DNA of 64,000 nucleotides from Candidatus Thorarchaeota archaeon (lineage in GTDB: Archaea; Asgardarchaeota; Thorarchaeia; Thorarchaeales; Thorarchaeaceae). The DNA lies in contig JBHLRS010000009.1 in the NCBI GenBank assembly GCA_048882325.1, positions 4,207-68,206 on the forward strand, read 5' to 3'. This document shows positions 1-9,583 of the stretch, piece after piece (within the stretch, counting starts at the first letter, position 1; the number at the start of each line of letters is the position of its first letter). The position numbers were made by a program, and so were the translations under genes. The notes under the pieces are model-generated. The model was not told the DNA's origin and ran no database searches. It saw nothing but the letters and a program-made list of their open reading frames with translations.

Positions 1-660
1 GTCACGTTTTCCTCGCTTTACCTGGGCTGTCGCTCTCAATCCCGGACCATATCGTGTTTTTGTCCCAAGTTGTTGGATTTCATCCAGTGCAGCCTCAGGT
101 TCTGTTTCAGCCTTTATCGTGGCCCCGTTGAGGGTTTCTACCAAAGTCACAAGTTCTTCTTTAGCATCTTCTGCTTCTGATTCAGCAGATTTCTCAAATT
201 CATCTGTGGTTGATTCTATTTCGGAGATTAAACTTGATATCGTTGAGAGCGTGGTGGTTATGTCTACTGCAAAGGCGGCCTCTGGAGCCTCCTCAATCTT
301 TGTCATTTTATCAAGAGTGTCAGTGAGTAGGTCATTCATTCCCTTCAGCGACTCAGACTCACTCTTCGTAAGTGCCTCCCCGAGATTAGTGATAGCCTCC
401 TGGAGGATTCCCTTGTCACTAACCTCGGTGACCATCTTACTCTTTTCTATAGCCTGAAGAAACTTCTCGTAATATGAGTCTGGAAATGCCAATATGGAAT
501 CGGTAAGGGGTGCGAGCTCTTCTTTGAGACGCTCAATCTCTTCCTTTACCTTGCTGAGTGGAATCGCGGACTCTTCCTTGAGACCACCAAGAGCCAAAAT
601 CATATCCAGCATACGTTGTCTCTTGGGAGCAATGGCTTTCTCAGGTGTGGACTGACTCAT
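1..660 (-). CDS. Hypothetical acidic coiled-coil protein. The N-terminus is in the window and the gene runs off the window start.
   Basis: Hand reverse-translation of 660..1 gives MSQSTPEKAIAPKRQRMLDMILALGGLKEES... with no stop reaching position 1. Its ATG at 658-660 overlaps the hdrA stop (ATGA). It is absent from the ORF track, presumably because it is open-ended. Confidence 0.4.
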   Translation of the reverse strand, partial: MSQSTPEKAIAPKRQRMLDMILALGGLKEESAIPLSKVKEEIERLKEELAPLTDSILAFPDSYYEKFLQAIEKSKMVTEVSDKGILQEAITNLGEALTKSESESLKGMNDLLTDTLDKMTKIEEAPEAAFAVDITTTLSTISSLISEIESTTDEFEKSAESEAEDAKEELVTLVETLNGATIKAETEPEAALDEIQQLGTKTRYGPGLRATAQVKRGKRD

Positions 661-2822
661 TTGGCCACCTCCATCCACTTTCCAGCAGTGCCTTCATGAA
701 CAGGGGTTGGTCCTAGTTTCTTTGCGCGTTTCACCATTTCATTCGCTGCATTGATGAATCGATCTGGTTCTGCACTGAACATTCTGAACATGTCAACACG
801 TTCGCCTTTCCAGCCAATAGCATTCAATATGTCTTGAGCGACATCAACTTGCACCTGTGCTATCTCATTGCCAGTTCCTCCGATATGACAACGATCCGTT
901 TCACAAGCCGCAATCATGACAGTGCTAGCTCCTTGTTCCAAAGCCTTGAGGATGTCTATGATGCTTACGCGACCAGCACAGGGAACCGGTATGAGTCGTA
1001 TGCTTGCAGGGTATTCCATCTTTCTTGTTCCAACAATATCGATAGTTGATACGGAACACTCCTCGCAGTAGAAACAGAGTGTGATTGGATATTCTGAGCC
1101 TGTACCTTCAAGTGTGGCTTCTATCTCTGACCATAGTTGATCATTTGATAGGAAATTGAGTTGTGTTGCACCAGAGGGACATAGACTCTGACAGACTCCA
1201 CATGAGTGACAGTTCATCGTATCAATCGTGGCCTTGAAGAGAATCTTTTGTTCTTCATCGTCCTCCTCTTCTGTCTGTTCAATCATCAAAGGAACTCCAC
1301 GGGGGCATTGTTGAGCGCAGAGACTGCATCCAACGCAGTCATCGACATTTAATACAGCTCCTCGTGAGATGGACTCAATCTTACCACCCTGTAGTTCGTT
1401 ATGGATGACCAGCGCTCCAGCCTGAGCATCTGTCACGGCCTCAAACACAAATTGAGGACGTGTGACTCCACCTACTGCAACTATTCCACGTCTGCGAGTT
1501 TCATTCCGTCTCAGTTTCCCATAGAGCTCTTTTACATGGCCATTATCTTCAATGGCGTAACCAGCAGTTTCTGAGAGCTCGAAGGTCCCATCAGGGGGTA
1601 GAACAGCAGAAGAGAGAACAAGCAAATCTACTTCTGTTTCCAAATACTTGTCAAGTAGTGAGTCATAGACTCGTACATGGGTGGAACCATCTTGTTCCCA
1701 AGTCATGCTGACTCGACCCCGTATGTAGTCAACCCCTTTTTCACGTGACTCCTTGTATATCATCTCATTTTCGAAGGGGACTCTGATGTCCATGTAGACG
1801 ATTCGGACATTGGCATCTGGTGCTCTCTCAAGAATTTCCAATGAGTTGTCAATTGCAAATGTGCAGCATAGTTTGCTGCAGTCCTTCTTGTAGTCTTCAG
1901 ACCTACTACCAACACATTGTACCATGACTACTTCTTTCACAGGTTTTCCATCAGATGGCCGGACAAGTTCACCTTCAGTGAGCATGGATGAGAGTTCGAA
2001 CTGTGTGATGACATCTGGATTCTTTCCGTAGTGATATTCATTCATGCCTATAGGTTTGAACTCCTTGAATCCAGTTGCTAAGACAATAGCAGAGGTTTTC
2101 ATCGTCCTCTCTTCTTCATCACCCTCGACTGAATAGTGGATACTGAAATTCCCCATCTCTCCGGTGACATATCTGATCTGGGTCTTGGTCATTATTGATA
2201 TCTTATCATCAGTCTTGATTGCATTCAATCGACTAGAGAGTATCTCCTTTCCTGATTTGCCTGTGGGAGCGACTATTGGTAGACTCTTGACATGTCCTCC
2301 TAATTCATCAGTGATCTCTAGTAAGGAAACGTCGTAACCAAGATTGGAGAGGCTTAGTGCAGACTCTATCCCAGCAATCCCACCACCGATTACTGTGACG
2401 TGTGTTAAGACCTCCTTTTGCTCTTTCGACCGCTTAGTTGATTTTGCTGAACGCGCTAATGTGCCGCGAATCATATCCAGGGTCTTCTTACTTGCTTCAT
2501 CAACATCATTGTGAACCCATGCTGAGTGTTCTCTGAGATTCACGTACTGGATTTGAGAACTGCTAATCCCTTTTGTTTCAAGATACTGGTCAATTCGTGG
2601 TTGTATCTTCTGACTTGAGCAAGCAGCAATCACGAGATGTTCGTCACTAGATTTGAGAAGCTCAGCAATTTTTTCCAGACCTTCATCCTGACAGACAAGA
2701 TCGTGAACGGTCACTGAAGATGCCAAATCCATCTTCTGGACTTGAGTGGATAGGAAGTCGAACCCCAACTGAAGCTGTTTGCCGCATGTGCAGATGAGTA
2801 CTGCTGATTTGTTATCATCCAT
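657..2822 (-). CDS. hdrA: Heterodisulfide reductase subunit A (HdrA) with a C-terminal MvhD-like domain fusion.
   Basis: FAD-binding motif VIGGGIAGIESAL. Two 4Fe-4S ferredoxin motifs (CVGCSLCAQQCP, CHSCGVCQSLCP). The C-terminal block CFYCEEC...PCAGRV...IAACETDRCH resembles the MvhD [2Fe-2S] domain. Confidence 0.85.
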   Translation of the reverse strand: MDDNKSAVLICTCGKQLQLGFDFLSTQVQKMDLASSVTVHDLVCQDEGLEKIAELLKSSDEHLVIAACSSQKIQPRIDQYLETKGISSSQIQYVNLREHSAWVHNDVDEASKKTLDMIRGTLARSAKSTKRSKEQKEVLTHVTVIGGGIAGIESALSLSNLGYDVSLLEITDELGGHVKSLPIVAPTGKSGKEILSSRLNAIKTDDKISIMTKTQIRYVTGEMGNFSIHYSVEGDEEERTMKTSAIVLATGFKEFKPIGMNEYHYGKNPDVITQFELSSMLTEGELVRPSDGKPVKEVVMVQCVGSRSEDYKKDCSKLCCTFAIDNSLEILERAPDANVRIVYMDIRVPFENEMIYKESREKGVDYIRGRVSMTWEQDGSTHVRVYDSLLDKYLETEVDLLVLSSAVLPPDGTFELSETAGYAIEDNGHVKELYGKLRRNETRRRGIVAVGGVTRPQFVFEAVTDAQAGALVIHNELQGGKIESISRGAVLNVDDCVGCSLCAQQCPRGVPLMIEQTEEEDDEEQKILFKATIDTMNCHSCGVCQSLCPSGATQLNFLSNDQLWSEIEATLEGTGSEYPITLCFYCEECSVSTIDIVGTRKMEYPASIRLIPVPCAGRVSIIDILKALEQGASTVMIAACETDRCHIGGTGNEIAQVQVDVAQDILNAIGWKGERVDMFRMFSAEPDRFINAANEMVKRAKKLGPTPVHEGTAGKWMEVAK

Positions 2823-2831
2823 CTATCAGTT

Positions 2832-4097
2832 TCACTTCCTACTCTGGAGTATTTTAGACACTACTGCACGAGCTTGTGTCACACTCTCAGGAACTTCCGC
2901 AGGCCCCAAAGCTGTACCACAAGCATAGACATGGTCGCCAACGACGACTTCATTCTCTGATACTGGATCTGCGATTCCAACAAATCCACTAGCAGAATTC
3001 ATTCCAAGTGTTTCAATGAGTTTGTCAGTACCCTTGGGAGGCTCTAGGGCTGACGAGAGGACAAAGAGGTCAACTGAGTACTTGAGATATTTGTTCAAAA
3101 GCGAGTCATAGACAGTTATGTCTAATGCTCCATCTTTTTGGGGCTCAATCAGAGATACTCTGCCTCGGATAAACTCCACTCCTGAATCTCGAGACTCACG
3201 ATAATACCGTTCGTACCTATCATACGTGCGGATATCCATGTATACTACACTGACTTTGACATCATCCCGTTCTTGAACCAGAATGTTGGCATGTTTGAGA
3301 GCGAAGATGCAACAAATCTTGGAGCAATAAGGATAGTAGTTTTCGTCCCTGCTCCCTACACACTGAACCATCATCACTCGTTTAGCAGGTTTTCCATCAG
3401 AGGGCTTTACAAGAACTCCTCTCGACTCTCCATTCGGGTCAATTATCTTTGCTAGTTCAAGCTGAGTTATGATGTTAGGGTGCGTTCCGTAGTAATACTC
3501 ATTCACGTTGATTGGTTGCAGCTCATGATAACCTGTTGCAATGATGATGTCTGAAATCTGGACTGTTTCTTCACTGGGTTGAGCCTTCAAATTGATCGCT
3601 TTTGTAGGGCACTCTTGTTCAGCCTGTTTAGCACCATCATCTGCTTTTGTTGGATCGTAAACCACGGCCTGAGGTTGACATTGGGGTGACAGTAAGCGAA
3701 ACGCCTGTGACTTTTCAAGACAGAGTCCACACATCGTACACTTCTTTGGGTGGACATATGCAGGGCCTACTTTGATCTTTGCCATGAACTGACCAGGGGT
3801 TCCTGAGATGTCTTCTATTTCACTGTTCATCTTCAGAGTTATATTCGGTTGGTCGATCAGTGCGCTTCTGTAGAAGCACTTTCGAATTCCAGGACGCCAG
3901 CGGTTTCCTTCAAAACAATAGAAGCAATCATCTGTAGGGAATGCCTTGTAGAGATTCAGAGCGTTACCACCAACAGTTTTTTGGCGCTCAACAAGGATCG
4001 ACTCAATCCCTGAGTCCGCCAGTTCCACGGCAGCAGTCATGCCTGCTACCCCTGCTCCGATGATGAGGACCGGATTAGACACTCTTACACACCTCAT
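2832..4097 (-). CDS. Short HdrA-like FAD-dependent oxidoreductase paralog.
   Basis: N-terminal dinucleotide-binding motif IIGAGVAGMTAAVELA. A CTMCGLC Fe-S motif. Collinear similarity to the central part of the adjacent HdrA. Confidence 0.65.
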   Translation of the reverse strand: MRCVRVSNPVLIIGAGVAGMTAAVELADSGIESILVERQKTVGGNALNLYKAFPTDDCFYCFEGNRWRPGIRKCFYRSALIDQPNITLKMNSEIEDISGTPGQFMAKIKVGPAYVHPKKCTMCGLCLEKSQAFRLLSPQCQPQAVVYDPTKADDGAKQAEQECPTKAINLKAQPSEETVQISDIIIATGYHELQPINVNEYYYGTHPNIITQLELAKIIDPNGESRGVLVKPSDGKPAKRVMMVQCVGSRDENYYPYCSKICCIFALKHANILVQERDDVKVSVVYMDIRTYDRYERYYRESRDSGVEFIRGRVSLIEPQKDGALDITVYDSLLNKYLKYSVDLFVLSSALEPPKGTDKLIETLGMNSASGFVGIADPVSENEVVVGDHVYACGTALGPAEVPESVTQARAVVSKILQSRK

Positions 4098-4975
4098 CCA
4101 GTCACGTGGTCGAGAATGGGGTCTGCTGGGACCCTGTTCATACTTAGTCCTACCTCTTCTTCACCCATTCCCAGAGCCAGACCGAGGATTTGAGGATAGA
4201 AGATTACTGGCAAGTTGTATTCTTCACCATATGATTCCTTCAGACCGAGTTGCTGAAGATCAAGCTGGTTGCCACATGCAGGACAGACTACTGTAATGAA
4301 GACCGCACCGAATTCTTTCATTGATTTGAGTTTGTCTCGAGCTAACCGAATTCCTAGATTCTCATCAACAGGGAGAACTGTGGCACCACAACATTGTTTC
4401 CAGAGAGGATAGTCCACTACTGAGGCGCCAGTGGCTTGGACTAACTCATTCAGATACTCGGGCTTGAATTCAGTCACATCCACTGGTCGAAGGAGATGGC
4501 ATCCATAGTGAATCGCGATTCCTACCCCATCTAGTGGTTTTGTGACCCTAGCCTTGATCTCTTCGACACCAATATCGTTGTACAGAGCTTCGACAAAATG
4601 GCGAGGAGTTGCTGTACCCTTGAATTCAAGACTCTCCTTCTTTAAGGTGGCATTGACCTTCTTCCTGTAGCCTTCATCATGTTTGAGAAAGTGGTATGCG
4701 TCTTTTAGTGACGCAAAACAACCATTGCATGGAGTAACTATGTCGTGACCGTTCTTCTCCGCAATCGCTAAGGTTCTTGCATTGACAGTGAGCCAGCCCA
4801 TGTAGTCTATGGAACGAAGATTGGGACTTCCACAGCATGCAACTCCCTCCATGTACTCTAACTGCATGTCAAAAGCTTCAGCGACCTTTTGCATGGCAGT
4901 TTCGTAATTTGGATAGTTTGCAGGCACACTGCACCCCATGTATAGATTATATACTGGCACCTTACTCATCACCAT
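4094..4975 (-). CDS. hdrB: Heterodisulfide reductase subunit B (HdrB) with CCG domains.
   Basis: Cys-rich CCG-type motifs VACCGSPN and KQCCGATV, plus VVCPACGN. The gene is translationally coupled to hdrA2 and hdrC by overlapping starts and stops. Confidence 0.8.
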   Translation of the reverse strand: MVMSKVPVYNLYMGCSVPANYPNYETAMQKVAEAFDMQLEYMEGVACCGSPNLRSIDYMGWLTVNARTLAIAEKNGHDIVTPCNGCFASLKDAYHFLKHDEGYRKKVNATLKKESLEFKGTATPRHFVEALYNDIGVEEIKARVTKPLDGVGIAIHYGCHLLRPVDVTEFKPEYLNELVQATGASVVDYPLWKQCCGATVLPVDENLGIRLARDKLKSMKEFGAVFITVVCPACGNQLDLQQLGLKESYGEEYNLPVIFYPQILGLALGMGEEEVGLSMNRVPADPILDHVTG

Positions 4976-5504
4976 CCACTATTTTACTCGTTCGAGTTTC
5001 TTTCAGGATGTTCTTCATACCATCAACTGATAGACCAGGTACCTCTGGTTCAAGACCCATGTCTTCACGCTCCCAGTCAGCTGTGACCGTATAGAGCTGA
5101 CCCTTGTCAAGGAGTTCTTTGGCCAAGCCAACAATGTTTGCTGGAATCTTGCCCTCTTCAGCAGCTAGGTTCTTGCAATCAAAGAAGATATCAGTGACTC
5201 GAACTTTTTGAGGACATCGTTCTTGACACTGAAAACAGGTCAGACAGAGCCATATTTCGTTAGAGGAGAGGACCTCATCACGCATTCCAAGAAGTATCAT
5301 CCGAATCAACTGATGTGGTTTATACTCCCAGATGTTAGCAATGGGACATGCTGCTGTGCATGTCGAGCAGGCAAAGCAAGCAGATAGTTCCTCTGCGTTT
5401 GGCATGCTATGAATCTCTTCTCGAAACTTCGGATCTAGCTTTGACATGTCAATAGGGTCAATCAGTGTGGTTGGAGGGCCACCTGAGTCTTCCGTTTCAG
5501 CCAT
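4962..5504 (-). CDS. hdrC: Heterodisulfide reductase subunit C (HdrC), a 2x[4Fe-4S] ferredoxin.
   Basis: Two ferredoxin-type motifs, CFACSTCTAACP and CLTCFQCQERCP. It is the first gene of the hdrCBA cluster. Confidence 0.8.
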   Translation of the reverse strand: MAETEDSGGPPTTLIDPIDMSKLDPKFREEIHSMPNAEELSACFACSTCTAACPIANIWEYKPHQLIRMILLGMRDEVLSSNEIWLCLTCFQCQERCPQKVRVTDIFFDCKNLAAEEGKIPANIVGLAKELLDKGQLYTVTADWEREDMGLEPEVPGLSVDGMKNILKETRTSKIVDGDE

Positions 5505-5610
5505 GGATACTCACCACTAATGTTCAGGCTAATTCGCCAGTTGGAAGAGCAAATTGGTTGCCTATATTAAAAGTTTGCAGGAATGACGAATATTTGTTGT
5601 GCTGTGAAAT

Positions 5611-5820
5611 TTACCCCGTTAATCCTCTCGTATATATCACGCGAAGAATACCAATTGTGCACAGGATTATCAGAGATACATAGATAATGGGGCCAATAGT
5701 GATCCATTGGGTTTCTCCTGCATCGATGAGAATATCCTGATACATTATTCCACCTACAACTGCAAGTGAAATACATACAAGGGCAGCTAGGATGAAGAGC
5801 CATTTCCTGTGCAGTGACAT
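5611..5820 (-). CDS. Small membrane protein of 69 aa with two predicted TM helices.
   Basis: Strongly hydrophobic segments WLFILAALVCISLAVVGGIM and IIYVSLIILCTIGIL. The overlapping 78-aa ORF in another frame looks spurious. Confidence 0.35.
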   Translation of the reverse strand: MSLHRKWLFILAALVCISLAVVGGIMYQDILIDAGETQWITIGPIIYVSLIILCTIGILRVIYTRGLTG

Positions 5821-5860
5821 GAGTCTTTCAGTGTTTAAGGGACTCTTAGGACTTTCTATC

Positions 5861-6145
5861 CTAAGATTGGACTAGAGCACGTATCCTTTCAACTCTGACT
5901 CTCAGTTCTTTAAGAGGATCTAAAAATGCTTGACGAGTTTCACTGCTTGTTCTGATGAGGTATGCCTTGAGATTTCCCACATCTCCCTTCATCTTGTCTA
6001 ACATCGGACTACGCTCATCTAATAATCTTAGAGTGTTGGTGAGCGCGATTTGAAATTTCTCATGTTCTTGAGAGATGTTAACACGGGTTTGATCTATGAG
6101 CTCAAGAAGTGAAGTTATCTCAGCAAGTATCTCCTCATTGTTCAT
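5861..6145 (-). CDS. Hypothetical 94-aa helical coiled-coil protein.
   Basis: The ORF has a heptad-like charged/hydrophobic pattern. It overlaps the upstream gene's stop by 4 nt, which suggests co-translation. Confidence 0.35.
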   Translation of the reverse strand: MNNEEILAEITSLLELIDQTRVNISQEHEKFQIALTNTLRLLDERSPMLDKMKGDVGNLKAYLIRTSSETRQAFLDPLKELRVRVERIRALVQS

Positions 6146-6861
6146 TCAGAGAGGTCCTCCTCTGCAACTATTCGAACAACAGTGCCATCTCGAATCCAAG
6201 TTCTTGCATTAGCTGCAGGAATCATAGCAATGTCCTCTTTCTTGAACGGTCCATATGTTTTCTCATCCAGACCCAAGAAGGCATCACTAATTGTGCGTAG
6301 AAAGCGTACGGTCACATACTCGACTTCATCATCTTCAAGGAAATCTTCAGATGTGTCATCACTAGGTTTCCTCTTTGGTTTGGAGCCGGCCAATGAGTCC
6401 TTGACAAACTCTGTGTGTCCATCAAAAGCTCGTTGTACTCTATTGTATAATTCCTCCTCTGCGAGTGTCATGTCACCCCTTGGTCGGTGTCCTGAGAGAA
6501 TCGCTTTGATGATCTTCTGTCTTCGCATGTTCAACAAGTCTTCTATCATAAACTCTAGATTGAGTGCTTCCTGTGTCAGAATGTCAGCTTGGACTCGTTT
6601 GTCAGCATCAGTGGATGCGAGAGACAGTCGAACACTAGAGAGATAGGCAATCATCTTACTGAGACGAAGATCACCCAGGTCCTGCAGACCTTCATTATCA
6701 ATTTCCATCTCCCATGCAGATTTGATGTCATCATATCCCAGGTCACTCAATGATAGCAACTCCTTTGCATAGTACGAACATCGCTGCAGCAGTTGGTAGG
6801 TCCACAGACTCTCCATGGTATGGTCCAAAGGATTCGTCACCCATTCTAAAACGCGGAACAC
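6142..6861 (-). CDS. Hypothetical protein downstream of priS, possibly a GINS subunit (Gins15/Gins51-like).
   Basis: Its position in a PCNA-PriS-X arrangement matches the PCNA-PriS-Gins15 cluster known from other archaea. The predicted sequence is largely helical with an acidic C-terminus. No diagnostic motif was seen. The true start may be the internal Met (MESLW, about 6816). Confidence 0.3.
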   Translation of the reverse strand: MFRVLEWVTNPLDHTMESLWTYQLLQRCSYYAKELLSLSDLGYDDIKSAWEMEIDNEGLQDLGDLRLSKMIAYLSSVRLSLASTDADKRVQADILTQEALNLEFMIEDLLNMRRQKIIKAILSGHRPRGDMTLAEEELYNRVQRAFDGHTEFVKDSLAGSKPKRKPSDDTSEDFLEDDEVEYVTVRFLRTISDAFLGLDEKTYGPFKKEDIAMIPAANARTWIRDGTVVRIVAEEDLSE

Positions 6862-8131
6862 CAGGAGATTTGTGAAGGAATTTTACCTTCATCCTACCTT
6901 CATTAAAAGCAATTGCATCACAAAAAGGATCAAAGTCATCAAGCACATCTCGAGTGATTTCCTTGACGATAAAGCCTGTCTTTCCATTCAAGCTCCCTAT
7001 CAGACGAATGACTCTATGGATATCATGAGTGACAGGACGGTCTATCTCTCCCCCATATACCTCAGCTGCTCTTTCCGCGATCTCCTGCCATGATTTCAGA
7101 CCGATATCCTTTGCTTCCTTGCTCAGTACTGGTGGATCTCTCAATAGTCCATCTATAGCTGCTACTTTTCCCTTTCTGAGCGGTTTCACCCATCTTTCGG
7201 AGCCCTCATATGAATCGATGTTTCGTATGAGCTCAATCATGGCATCAGCGGTTTTACCAGCCCAGCCTGGAAAGGACCGATCTAATATCCGATTCACTCT
7301 ACCTTGAGAAACAATGACTTTCTCAGTATTTAGACCAAGACCCATGATGTAATGTACAATCTGAATGCGACTACTTGAATCCAGTGAAAAGACCTTGGGG
7401 TCGCGAACACGAAGGTGATACCCCCTATGACCACTATAATTGAGTTGGACCGTTTCCGGATCAAATCCAAAGTCATTCACTATGAAGTCATCATAGAGCT
7501 TCACTGTATGCTTCTTCGCTTCTGCTAAACACTTCTCACATACCCACTTTCTTATACTGAAGCTCTTGCCATCACAATCAGGACAAGTCTCAGGATGTAT
7601 ACCTGTTCCAGTCTTATGGCAACCCTCCGTATTGCATCTCCATGCATCATGGTCCTTAGCGCACTTCAGGTCAAGATGGTCTGCATCAATATCAAAGACA
7701 AGTTCAGCTCCAAACCACTCTTTCTCATCCATGTGACGGGCCACAGGAACTCTGTAAAAGGCTGCTGAGTGATAGATACTATGAGGGGCAACAGCTGCGA
7801 GATCTCGTACAAGTTCATCCCTGTTCAGATATCCAACATGTCTCCTCCAGGTTGTTGTCTGGATATCGCTTGAACCACATTTTGGGCACTCTTTGATGCT
7901 TGCGAACGAAGTTCCTGATTCTCCGCATCCAGTCGTGATGTCACGTCCAGACTCATCTCGACCCTTTCTCTTAGGACAGAACCAGTTGTGTTCCCAGCTC
8001 TGGATACCGAACTCTCGATTATGTACCTTATCTGGAACATCAATGGTTTCAGGATTTGCCTTGTAATGTTCATGGAACATGAATCGTAGTTTCAAAACAG
8101 TGCTTGTGAAACCTTGATTCTGATTCGGCAT
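6743..8131 (-). CDS. priS: DNA primase small catalytic subunit PriS.
   Basis: Catalytic AEP motif ELVFDIDADH. A Cys-rich zinc-binding insertion (CNTEGCHKTGTGIHPETCPDCDG...CEKC). Typical length. Lies adjacent to PCNA. Confidence 0.8.
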   Translation of the reverse strand: MPNQNQGFTSTVLKLRFMFHEHYKANPETIDVPDKVHNREFGIQSWEHNWFCPKRKGRDESGRDITTGCGESGTSFASIKECPKCGSSDIQTTTWRRHVGYLNRDELVRDLAAVAPHSIYHSAAFYRVPVARHMDEKEWFGAELVFDIDADHLDLKCAKDHDAWRCNTEGCHKTGTGIHPETCPDCDGKSFSIRKWVCEKCLAEAKKHTVKLYDDFIVNDFGFDPETVQLNYSGHRGYHLRVRDPKVFSLDSSSRIQIVHYIMGLGLNTEKVIVSQGRVNRILDRSFPGWAGKTADAMIELIRNIDSYEGSERWVKPLRKGKVAAIDGLLRDPPVLSKEAKDIGLKSWQEIAERAAEVYGGEIDRPVTHDIHRVIRLIGSLNGKTGFIVKEITRDVLDDFDPFCDAIAFNEGRMKVKFLHKSPGVPRFRMGDESFGPYHGESVDLPTAAAMFVLCKGVAIIE

Positions 8132-8182
8132 GCACTAGAACTCCATCAATTGGTACCGATGTATTCGGGACCTCTTGTCTTT

Positions 8183-8932
8183 CTACCTACGTTCTACACG
8201 TGGTGCTAGAACGAAGCTTATGCTTCCAGCCTCTGCTATTGGGAATTCTAGCATCATTGGTTTACTGGAAGTGAATTGAAGCATTAAGCTGTCACTAGCG
8301 ATTGCTTTTGAAATCTCCGTCAAATAATTCAATGCATACATGGCCATTGCCTTGCCTGACACTTTCAGCTGGAAAAGCGCAGGTGCATCACCTTTCGTTG
8401 TCAGTGCAACATTGGCTTCACCTGTATCACCTTCACCAGCAAAAATCAGCTGTTCAGGCTCTGCGCTGATTTTCACATGACTGGACACAACTCCGATGTC
8501 CTTGATTGCTTGCTTGAATGTGTCAGCCAACAATTCTGCCTTTACATCGAAATCTATACCGGGCTTTTTTGTCTGATCGTCGGGGGGTGTCAGAAGTTGT
8601 AGTTTGAACACTCGATTTGCTTGTCCTAGCATCTTTATTTCGAAACGGTTGTCATCCAAGTTGAACTCAAGATGTTCATCTCCAGCCATTCGTTTACTCA
8701 CCTTGACGAGCTCGTCAATACCCAAGCAGATGTCGTGCTCGCCCTTGCATGAATACTCCTGAAAAATGCCAGAAGGGAGGGTTAAATCAATCATCGCCGC
8801 TTTAGACGAGTCAAGCTGACGTAGTGATATTCCAGATTCAGATACGCGAAAATGCGCCTCTGTGAGTAGAGTTGCTAATGCGTCTACAATTTGTTTCCAT
8901 GTCTTGGTACTGTCGAGAGTCGCGTGAAACAT
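8183..8932 (-). CDS. pcn: DNA polymerase sliding clamp PCNA.
   Basis: 249 aa, the typical PCNA length. Two-domain beta-clamp-like pattern. Genomic context next to priS. Confidence 0.85.
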   Translation of the reverse strand: MFHATLDSTKTWKQIVDALATLLTEAHFRVSESGISLRQLDSSKAAMIDLTLPSGIFQEYSCKGEHDICLGIDELVKVSKRMAGDEHLEFNLDDNRFEIKMLGQANRVFKLQLLTPPDDQTKKPGIDFDVKAELLADTFKQAIKDIGVVSSHVKISAEPEQLIFAGEGDTGEANVALTTKGDAPALFQLKVSGKAMAMYALNYLTEISKAIASDSLMLQFTSSKPMMLEFPIAEAGSISFVLAPRVERR

Positions 8933-9131
8933 GCCGTTATCTCCAACTGTCTATTGATGTGCGAACTAACACTCCTTTCCAAACCCGGATGATGGTCATC
9001 ATCAAAGGAGTCAGTATCGCTCTTTATCTTTGAACAAGATTCTCAAGTTGGATTTCACATTTTAAGTGTACTTCTCAATGGAAATGATGTGCTCTTTATA
9101 GATATGACAGAAAAGAAGACCGTCTGAATAC

Positions 9132-9506
9132 CTACTCACTCATTGTTCGTGTCACTTTTTCTTCTAGATCCTGGACTTCTTTGTAGAGTTCGATGTCCAA
9201 TGAATCGATGTCATGGGAAATTGACGCATTCAGTCTCAGTTCTTTCCCACCGTCAGTTTTCTTCTCGGTCACTTCTCCGATGAACAAGTATTTCTTGCTG
9301 AGTTCAAGGGATCCTTCAACACTGACCTGAATCTTTCCTGCTTTTTTCACATCATCGTCATACACATCTTGGACTACTGCGAGGCCGGGGCTGGCGTCGA
9401 CCACAATCCCCATTATTCGGACTGGACCCGTTGTATCTGCAGATAGGTTTCGTATAGTGGTCAGTTTAGAGGGTTTTCGCCGGGCAAAACTCTTCTCTTC
9501 AGTCAT
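9132..9506 (-). CDS. Hypothetical OB-fold-like protein of 124 aa.
   Basis: A beta-rich alternating pattern (VRIMGIVVDASPGLAVVQD) resembles RPA/SSB-type OB folds. It sits between tfs and pcn. Confidence 0.35.
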   Translation of the reverse strand: MTEEKSFARRKPSKLTTIRNLSADTTGPVRIMGIVVDASPGLAVVQDVYDDDVKKAGKIQVSVEGSLELSKKYLFIGEVTEKKTDGGKELRLNASISHDIDSLDIELYKEVQDLEEKVTRTMSE

Positions 9507-9583
9507 AGTCGCAGCTCCAAAATTCTCTTAGCAGAATTGGACAAGTAGGTTGCAACATCTTGAGGGCTATAAATCTGTCAGTC

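Noticed and set aside
119-457. Plus-strand 112-aa Ser-rich ORF
   Set aside because: It is low-complexity and lies antisense to a better-supported minus-strand gene (1..660) that is translationally coupled to hdrA.
2823-2831. Possibility that hdrA2 and hdrA are one gene split by a recoded stop (Sec/Pyl)
   Set aside because: Both proteins look complete, each with its own N-terminal FAD motif and start codon. Nothing in the junction suggests recoding.
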